51,550 bases of DNA from a virus. Taxonomy: Duplodnaviria; Caudoviricetes. Under the pieces are notes generated by a model that saw only the letters and a list, made by a program, of their open reading frames with translations, was not told where the DNA came from and searched no databases. The DNA is taken from positions 1 through 51,550 of IMG/VR virus record IMGVR_UViG_3300025401_000005, one strand, 5' to 3'. Shown here in pieces: positions 45,025-51,550 of the stretch. Numbering within the stretch: the stretch's first letter is position 1; every line of letters begins with the position of its first letter. A program made the translations under genes and the position numbers.

Positions 45025-45357
45025 ATGTCACTCAATAACGCTAATTACGCTCCGTCGAGTGTCCTCAACGCCCCGGCCCTGCTTTACGCAGGGTACGGGC
45101 AACCGTTGACTCCGTACTTTGTTTCAGTCACAACTGGCAATAGTTTCACCATTCCTACAAGTGCGCTTTCATGGTCGGTTACGGCTAATGGAACGGGATC
45201 TTGCACGGTCAATGGAGTTTCTCTTGTTGGTTCTGCTAGTCTGTCTGGAAATGGCCCTCTCGCAAACCCGATTGTTGTATCGGATGTGGGATCGGACAAT
45301 GTCTATGTCAGCTATACTCTGAACAATGTCATTTACAACACTCCTAGCTACTACTAA
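45025..45357 (+). CDS. Virion structural / decoration protein
   Basis: Beta-rich 110 aa directly after the capsid gene. Confidence 0.5.
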   Translation: MSLNNANYAPSSVLNAPALLYAGYGQPLTPYFVSVTTGNSFTIPTSALSWSVTANGTGSCTVNGVSLVGSASLSGNGPLANPIVVSDVGSDNVYVSYTLNNVIYNTPSYY

Positions 45358-45377
45358 AACTTAACAAACTAAAAAAT

Positions 45378-46070
45378 ATGTCCGTCCCTAAACCCACTCC
45401 TAATAATCTCACCTTTGTTCGTTTCGGCCCTCTTTCGGTCGACTTCACAAAGACCGGGACTTATGACCTTGGAAACATTAACTACGATGAGAATACTTTT
45501 ATTCCCACCGCTTCGTTCATTGTTTACACCAATGCCCTTGGAACCAATGGCACTCAAGCCGCTGTTGCCATTGACAATGGAACCACCAACGAAAACATTG
45601 CTACGGGAACGCTGATTGCCGCACCTGTTGCTACTAGCCCAAATGCTAGTGGAAACTTGTCGCAACAGCTTCTTACTGCACAAGCCGCAAGTGGAAACGG
45701 TTATGTCCTTGGACAAGTTCCTGTTTCCACGACGATTCCTAGTAATGGAGCCGCCGCCACACAGTATCTGCGAGTCAATGTTACCACCGCCGCTATTCCT
45801 GCGCTGGCTACCACGAATCGTGTTACTGCCAACAACATCAGCACCCTCACGGTGTCTAGTGTTCCTGCTTGGCTGGTTCCGGGTGTTCAAGTCAAGGTTC
45901 TTACGGTTGGCAATGCCGCTTATAACGGTCTTGTTACTGTTATTTCCACGACTGCTACAACCTTCTCGTACTACAATCCATCCCTCACGACCGAGGCTTC
46001 CACGGCTGATACCGCTGGACGCATTGGTGCGCTGACGGGTGATGTGTATGTTGTCGGTCTTCTTCAGTAA
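45378..46070 (+). CDS. Virion decoration-like protein
   Basis: T/A-rich; LVPGVQVKV..YNG..TV..TTFSY small beta-barrel insertion. Confidence 0.55.
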   Translation: MSVPKPTPNNLTFVRFGPLSVDFTKTGTYDLGNINYDENTFIPTASFIVYTNALGTNGTQAAVAIDNGTTNENIATGTLIAAPVATSPNASGNLSQQLLTAQAASGNGYVLGQVPVSTTIPSNGAAATQYLRVNVTTAAIPALATTNRVTANNISTLTVSSVPAWLVPGVQVKVLTVGNAAYNGLVTVISTTATTFSYYNPSLTTEASTADTAGRIGALTGDVYVVGLLQ

Positions 46071-46083
46071 AAACTGATTGATA

Positions 46084-46109
46084 TAGCGGGGGTGTAAAAG
46101 CCCCCGCTA
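46084..46109. terminator. Hairpin after the capsid operon
   Basis: TAGCGGGGG..CCCCCGCTA; no U-tract follows. Confidence 0.5.
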
Positions 46110-46128
46110 CATCCAACTATAATCTGTC

Positions 46129-46368
46129 ATGTCTTATACTCCTCTTGCATTCGCCCCATTTGTTGATACCACAAGTAGTGAACAAAATTGGCAGATTTTT
46201 AATGCTATCTCTGGAACCAATCCAGCCTGGACAAGCATTACCCTTTCTAATTATTCGGGAACCAATCCCGGCACGGTTCAGTATTTTGATGCCAGCGGTA
46301 GTGTCGTGTTGACATTGACCCTTACTTACGATGGTAGCGGCAATCTGACTTCGGTTGTCCGTAGCTAG
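46129..46368 (+). CDS. Small virion protein
   Basis: VLTLTLTYDGSGNLTSVVRS C-terminus typical of small phage structural ORFs. Confidence 0.55.
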   Translation: MSYTPLAFAPFVDTTSSEQNWQIFNAISGTNPAWTSITLSNYSGTNPGTVQYFDASGSVVLTLTLTYDGSGNLTSVVRS

Positions 46369-46376
46369 GACAACTT

Positions 46377-48188
46377 ATGGCAACGCTTTATTTTAACGCT
46401 ACAGCAAGCGGGGATCCTAGCTATAGCAATGTAGCTAACTGGTGGACAAATGTAGGAGCTACGATTCCTGCTGGAACAATTCCAAGCAATTACGACGATA
46501 TTATTGTCCAGACACCAATGATTTCAGATTCCAATTCAGCTTATATTGGAGTAAATACCGCAATATTCAATAACAACACATATCTAGATAGTGTTTCTTA
46601 TTACTTTTACCCATTGTCTGCAAATGTAGCAACATTTAATGGAAATTCATATATAACTCTAAATAGTGGGATTACTAATTACAATAATCAATTAGGAAAT
46701 GCTGTATTTAACAATACTGCAACTAATCGTGGAGGATATGTTTTTGGAACCGCAACATTTAATTATCTTACAGCAACTTTTAATGGTTCTGGATACGCAG
46801 TAACTGATATTACTGGATATGGTGTTGGTAATGCTGTACTAGGAGCTTTTGATAAAAACAACATTTTAATTAACATAGTTAATTTTGTTAATACTGATTT
46901 TCAATCTGATGGATTTATGCAGAATGAATATGCAAATCCAGTAGCTATTAATTTTTATGATAATACCGTTAATTATGGGAGCATTTTTGGAACCGCTACT
47001 TTTTATGATTATTCCCAAAACTTTGGATCATTGGATGGATTGCCAGTTATAGTTTATCCTAATCCTAATGTGGTAGTTGGTGGACAATATTTTGCAGGAC
47101 AAAATACTGGAGCAATTTATGTAGGTTATGGTATTTATTTTAATAATATTATCATTACTGGTGGTGGAGATTCAGATTTTGGAAATGTAAATAATTGGTT
47201 CCAAGATGGAACTACTCCACTTGGTTTTATTCCATCTAGTTCATTACCACTTACTGTTTCAGTATTTGATTGTTCTATTCTTACTAATACATACGGATCT
47301 GCTAGTTTAGATACTATTGAAATTTATGGTAATACTCAACTTGCAATTGATGTAAGTGCTACTGGTCTTTTTTATAATAACTCTTTTAATACAGGAACTT
47401 TAACTGGAACTTTAATTGGAGGGTATGTTGAATTTTATAATTCAAGTCATAATGCAGGAACAATAAACATTGATACTACTGGTAATAATTTTTATGATAA
47501 TAGTTATAATAGTGGCACTATTAATAATTCTCAATCAATTACATTTAATGGAAATAGCTACAATTCTAATATTGTAACAGGAACAAGTGCTTTCTATGGT
47601 AATTCCTACAACTCTGGACAAGTAGGAACTGCTGGAGGCACTACGGCATCTTTCCACGATGCTTCCCAAAACCAAGGAGTAATTGGATCTACAAGTCCAT
47701 CAGCAATCTCCAATGGAGACTTTAACAACACCTCAATCAATATCGGAAGCATCACAGGAAACGCAAGATTCCGTTATGTGACTGCAACTAGCGGTGTTGC
47801 CGTTGACATCACGGGATATGCTAATGGCCCTGTAAACGGAACAACCTACGATTCCGCAAACAATGTCATCACAACTTGGAAATTCCAAGGGACTGATTTC
47901 ATGCAATCTGGAGCAACCGTGACAGGCAATGCTATCTTTGTCCAAAATACGGGAGCAAGCGGCATTTCTGTTTGTTTGATTACTGGCAATGCAATAGTAA
48001 CAAGCCCTGCCCAAAGACCACTCCAAGCAACCGTACTTGGTTCAATAACCTATGTTGGATATGGTGGGCCACCAGTAAACATTTTTGTGATGCTGAACTT
48101 TCCGTTCCCGCTTAACTATATCCTTGGCAAAACCAATCCTTTTGGAGTTTCGTCATTGTTGAAACTGCCGTTTTATATTAACAAATAA
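46377..48188 (+). CDS. Beta-helical tailspike / adhesin-like protein
   Basis: Repeats of F(Y/N)(D/G)NSYN.G.I; duplicated NVxNW module; AT-rich middle. Confidence 0.65.
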   Translation: MATLYFNATASGDPSYSNVANWWTNVGATIPAGTIPSNYDDIIVQTPMISDSNSAYIGVNTAIFNNNTYLDSVSYYFYPLSANVATFNGNSYITLNSGITNYNNQLGNAVFNNTATNRGGYVFGTATFNYLTATFNGSGYAVTDITGYGVGNAVLGAFDKNNILINIVNFVNTDFQSDGFMQNEYANPVAINFYDNTVNYGSIFGTATFYDYSQNFGSLDGLPVIVYPNPNVVVGGQYFAGQNTGAIYVGYGIYFNNIIITGGGDSDFGNVNNWFQDGTTPLGFIPSSSLPLTVSVFDCSILTNTYGSASLDTIEIYGNTQLAIDVSATGLFYNNSFNTGTLTGTLIGGYVEFYNSSHNAGTINIDTTGNNFYDNSYNSGTINNSQSITFNGNSYNSNIVTGTSAFYGNSYNSGQVGTAGGTTASFHDASQNQGVIGSTSPSAISNGDFNNTSINIGSITGNARFRYVTATSGVAVDITGYANGPVNGTTYDSANNVITTWKFQGTDFMQSGATVTGNAIFVQNTGASGISVCLITGNAIVTSPAQRPLQATVLGSITYVGYGGPPVNIFVMLNFPFPLNYILGKTNPFGVSSLLKLPFYINK

Positions 48189-48191
48189 CTT

Positions 48192-48563
48192 ATGAGCCTT
48201 CTTCCTATAGCCCCAACACCAAAAACCATAGTTGTTACGCCTCCTCCCCTTACCCAAAAGGATGGAACGGTAAAAACTTTTGAACCAATCACAATTACCG
48301 GGGATCTTGATTATCAAGTCACCTACGACAACTCCAAAAAGATTGCGTTTGCCATCATTAAAAAGGTCAATCTTGTGGTCAATCTTTGGTCTGGAGCCGC
48401 ATACGATGCCGCTGGAGAGTTCACCGATACTGACGTCAACAACCGATTGACTGAACTACTTGGCTCTACACCAGAAGAGATTTCCGCATCGTTGCAAAAG
48501 CTATATAAGACTCCTCCAGCAGTTAAGACTCCTTCTGCTAAACCCTCAACTCCAGCCTCCTAA
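48192..48563 (+). CDS. Hypothetical protein (possible fibre chaperone)
   Basis: LWSGAAYDAAGEFTDTDVNNRL; follows the spike gene. Confidence 0.5.
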   Translation: MSLLPIAPTPKTIVVTPPPLTQKDGTVKTFEPITITGDLDYQVTYDNSKKIAFAIIKKVNLVVNLWSGAAYDAAGEFTDTDVNNRLTELLGSTPEEISASLQKLYKTPPAVKTPSAKPSTPAS

Positions 48564-48566
48564 TTT

Positions 48567-48842
48567 ATGGCAAACGAGATTCCCCAAAATAATGAGGTAA
48601 CTGCCATACTCAATCTCATCCTTGGGTATCTCAAGGCATATGGGCTTGCCACATTGTGTATTTTCTTTGCCGGCGTTTGGTTTGTCCTGGTAGATCACTT
48701 CAGTCTTGTCCGGGTTACTGAAGAAACAGATTGGATGAAGCCCAGGGTTCAATCACTCTGGTACAAGAGTCATCCAGATATGTCGGAAAGTGTGGACGCA
48801 ACTCAAAGCCATATCAAAGGCGAGTCTCCTTCTGGTCGATGA
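48567..48842 (+). CDS. Membrane protein of the lysis module
   Basis: One transmembrane helix; first gene of the lysis cassette. Confidence 0.5.
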   Translation: MANEIPQNNEVTAILNLILGYLKAYGLATLCIFFAGVWFVLVDHFSLVRVTEETDWMKPRVQSLWYKSHPDMSESVDATQSHIKGESPSGR

Positions 48843-49003
48843 AATACCTTCCATTTATTGTTATGTTTTTTGTTGGATGCACTCATGCGCCCGTGAGTAC
48901 ATTCCCCACACAAGACCCGCATTTGAATGCCGCAATTTCTGATGTTGACAGGATAGACGGAAAAGCAGTCGTTGTGGAAAAATGGCTCATGTCTACAAAA
49001 TGA
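48839..49003 (+). CDS. Small lipoprotein (o-spanin-like candidate)
   Basis: MKYLPFIVMFFVGC lipobox-like signal. Confidence 0.5.
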   Translation: MKYLPFIVMFFVGCTHAPVSTFPTQDPHLNAAISDVDRIDGKAVVVEKWLMSTK

Positions 49004-49437
49004 GAAAACTTGTACATATCATTGCCGTGATGTCGATGCTTTCGACATTTCTTTACACATCAAAGGCCGAAATAAGCCGAGCAGATATTTTGGCAACTGT
49101 TCGCCATATGCAAACGTTGGCACAGGACGAGAAGATCCAACTCCAAAAAGCGCAAGCGGATTACCAAGAACAAGCAATCAAACTTCAAGAACAAACACTC
49201 CTTGCCAACAAGTGGCAACTGGAGGCTCACGCTAACGCAAAACAACGAGATGTTCTTATTTATTTGTTCAGCGTGATATGCGGGTTCTGGTTTCTTTCTG
49301 GATACCAAAACTTCCAGATTCCTGTGCTTCCTCCTTGGAAGTGGGCAATTGAAGCAGGATTCTTTGCACTAGGATTTGCCGCCGCATATGCCGCTGGAAG
49401 ATATTTTCTTGTTTGGGCTTCTCACTTTATTCCATGA
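49000..49437 (+). CDS. Signal peptide, coiled coil and two TM helices (spanin-like candidate)
   Basis: Topology inferred from hydrophobicity; lies in the lysis cassette. Confidence 0.45.
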   Translation: MRKLVHIIAVMSMLSTFLYTSKAEISRADILATVRHMQTLAQDEKIQLQKAQADYQEQAIKLQEQTLLANKWQLEAHANAKQRDVLIYLFSVICGFWFLSGYQNFQIPVLPPWKWAIEAGFFALGFAAAYAAGRYFLVWASHFIP

Positions 49438-49739
49438 ACTTCATTAAGGGCATTATAAGCGAAAGCAATGGGACTCCATCAAGTCTCCGAATCTCCTTTC
49501 TTACTTGGGAGATTATTCTTGTTTGTGCCTTTACTGTTCTTATTGGATACACCGTGATTTCTCATCACTTCCATCCAGAGAATCAATTTAATCCTTCATC
49601 AGCATTGACTTGGGTGGCATCCATCTTTGCCGCAAATCGTGGATCAAAACTGATCCAGAAACCATTTGAGTCTGACTCCATTGATAATCAAGACGAATCA
49701 ATAGAACCGACTCACCCAATTCAGACCAAGGATCTATGA
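49434..49739 (+). CDS. Holin-like protein
   Basis: SESNGTPSSLR followed by two hydrophobic segments, immediately before the endolysin. Confidence 0.55.
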   Translation: MNFIKGIISESNGTPSSLRISFLTWEIILVCAFTVLIGYTVISHHFHPENQFNPSSALTWVASIFAANRGSKLIQKPFESDSIDNQDESIEPTHPIQTKDL

Positions 49740-50293
49740 CAATCAGCGACATCATTAGTGCGGCTAAAACCAAATTCCCCGAAAGGTTTTGTTTTTGGTT
49801 GAACTTCATTTGCGAGGCTGAAGCCACAATTGGACAGGATGGAAATATCTTGAGGGAAGATGATCACGATGGGGCCGGGATCACATTCTGTGGATTGACC
49901 CAAAGGGATGATCAGCTTCCAGACAATCCGACTCCACAATGGGTTGCAGATAAGTATCATGATGGCTATTGGGCCGAATCTAGGGCCGATCTTCTTCCCA
50001 AAGGAGTAGGAGAAGAGGTTGCCAACATTGCCGTGAATGAGGGGCTAGGAACCGCTTTTAAGATCCTCCAACAATCAATCAATGCTTTGGGAGTTCACAT
50101 CAATGTAGATGGCAAGATTGGTTCTCAAACTGAAGATGCGGCATTTAAGGAAGATGCTCACCAACTGGCACTCAAGATTGCTGAATACAATGATCAGCAT
50201 TATAAAGATATTGCTGACAGAAGGCCCGACTTGCGTAATAATCTGCGAGGCTGGTTGAATCGTGACCAGTTAATGGTCAAAACCTTTGCATAA
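49736..50293 (+). CDS. Endolysin, glycoside hydrolase family 108 with PG-binding C-terminus
   Basis: E..D.GITFCGLT, AVNEG, LQQSIN..VDGKIG..T, GWLNR. Confidence 0.8.
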   Translation: MTISDIISAAKTKFPERFCFWLNFICEAEATIGQDGNILREDDHDGAGITFCGLTQRDDQLPDNPTPQWVADKYHDGYWAESRADLLPKGVGEEVANIAVNEGLGTAFKILQQSINALGVHINVDGKIGSQTEDAAFKEDAHQLALKIAEYNDQHYKDIADRRPDLRNNLRGWLNRDQLMVKTFA

Positions 50294-50568
50294 TGAATTA
50301 CCAGAACGGACAATCTTGTTGCAGTAACAACCCACTTGGCGGGAGCAGTAACTATTGTGGTTGTGGTCAACCGTATCCCATTGTGCCGGGATCTAACCCA
50401 TCTCTCCAGACATGGAATGGTCAAGCGTTTGTTGTGGCAGATGGATCGGTTCAGCTTCCTATTTCGCTTCCGTATCTCCAGCAGACTACTCGCTCCAATA
50501 TTCAATTTGTGGTTGGAGTAACCGCTACCGGCACTCTTTCTCTTGTGCCTGTATCCTCATTTAATTGA
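50293..50568 (+). CDS. Small Cys-rich tail-associated protein
   Basis: Shares a DGSxxxPIxLP module with its neighbours. Confidence 0.55.
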   Translation: MNYQNGQSCCSNNPLGGSSNYCGCGQPYPIVPGSNPSLQTWNGQAFVVADGSVQLPISLPYLQQTTRSNIQFVVGVTATGTLSLVPVSSFN

Positions 50569-50569
50569 T

Positions 50570-51391
50570 ATGCCCTGCTTCAATACAGTACCAATTAGCA
50601 TCATCCCTCCTACCGCCCAGGGACAGGGGCCGCTTGTATGGCAGAATGGTAGCCAGATCAACAGGCTTAATTCTCCGCTGAATCCATCATTGGTATTGTT
50701 TGATGGTAGCGTTACCCGATTTGGTGATGGGTCAGCGCAATCTCCTATTTACTTGCCAAACATTCAACAAGTATCTGGTTCTCCAACATTTATTTTAGGT
50801 GCAAATTCTTCTGGAAAATGGGGTTTTTATAATCAAACTGTTTCTGGATTGGGAACGCCAAATCAAATCCTTACTACTAATTCTAGTGGAACTGCAACTT
50901 TATGGCAAACAGGAGTAACAGGAGTTACAAATGGATCTACAAGCAATGGCACAAATACAGCAGTTGGTGGAACTGGATTGTATGGAGAGTTTATTACATC
51001 ATCTGTTGCTCAAGCATCAGCAGTAACTTTAAGTGGAAATGCTCCAAAAACTGTAACTTCAATTACTCTTACTTCTGGAGATTGGGATGTTCGAGGACAA
51101 GTAGATTATGTTAATCCATCTACAACAGCAACTGCTCTGGTAACACTTATCCAACAAGGAATTAATGTTGGAACACCAAATGCTTTTGGAGGCCAAGATA
51201 CTTACAGTATTTTGCAAATGTCTCAAATTACTTTAGGAGTACTTGGAGTTAGCACTCTTGGTATGCCAATTAGGATTCAAAGGGTAAATATTCCAGCATC
51301 TACTACAACTGTAGTTTATCTTATTGCCTCTTCTAATTTTTCTGGATCTTTATCTGCTTTTGGAACAATTGAAGCTCGTCGAGTTAGATAA
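50570..51391 (+). CDS. Tail fibre protein
   Basis: GTPNQILTT..W, GEFITSS, SITLTSGDWDV, IEARRVR fibre-tip pattern. Confidence 0.7.
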   Translation: MPCFNTVPISIIPPTAQGQGPLVWQNGSQINRLNSPLNPSLVLFDGSVTRFGDGSAQSPIYLPNIQQVSGSPTFILGANSSGKWGFYNQTVSGLGTPNQILTTNSSGTATLWQTGVTGVTNGSTSNGTNTAVGGTGLYGEFITSSVAQASAVTLSGNAPKTVTSITLTSGDWDVRGQVDYVNPSTTATALVTLIQQGINVGTPNAFGGQDTYSILQMSQITLGVLGVSTLGMPIRIQRVNIPASTTTVVYLIASSNFSGSLSAFGTIEARRVR

Positions 51392-51423
51392 CAATCTATA
51401 TTGCAAATTTCTCATAAACCAAA

Positions 51424-51550
51424 TACAACTTATTGATCTATGTCTTGCGGAAACAACTACAACGGATGGGGTGGAGGATGCGGGTGTGCAAACACCGTTC
51501 AGTATGCTCCCCCGGCTTGCAATCCCAACTTCCCAACTTATTGCACCGCA
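51424..51550. repeat. Terminal direct repeat, right copy
   Basis: Identical to 1-127. Confidence 0.95.

Noticed and set aside
46377-48188. Asn-rich spike as a diversity-generating retroelement target
   Set aside because: No reverse transcriptase and no template/variable repeat pair were seen.
51424-51550. 127-bp terminal repeat as a biological direct terminal repeat
   Set aside because: The length equals a standard assembler k-mer and it cuts into a tail gene, so it is best read as a circularisation overlap.

Overview
This looks like a complete circularly assembled tailed-phage genome: bases 1-127 recur exactly at 51424-51550, giving about 51,423 bp of unique sequence. The architecture is podovirus-like. 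The + strand carries a morphogenesis and lysis arm that wraps through the junction (38690-51391 continuing into 17-17783): portal, scaffold, major capsid, tail/fibre proteins, GH108 endolysin, nozzle-like protein, three ejection-type proteins including a 2303-aa giant, and a GT9-like glycosyltransferase. The - strand carries an early/middle arm (17776-30674): RNA ligase, replication-initiator C-terminal domain, PD-(D/E)XK nucleases, SSB-like and RecT-like proteins, a C5 DNA methyltransferase with an overlapping second frame, and many small ORFs. A central block (31093-38637) holds TerS, a ferritin-like ORF, tRNA-Gln(UUG), an anti-TRAP-like zinc protein, a phosphoesterase, an amidinotransferase and an inverted TerL. 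I recognised no integrase, DNA polymerase, helicase, primase, reverse transcriptase or CRISPR array. The most unusual signals are a 21-aa motif (QL..E...PFNLAGE..PP.P) shared by the giant ejected protein and a small early protein, three unannotated structured non-coding regions, two families of intragenic repeats in the early arm, a dual-frame methyltransferase and apparent genome-wide GCWGC avoidance. All family calls come from motif recognition by eye, not from database searches.
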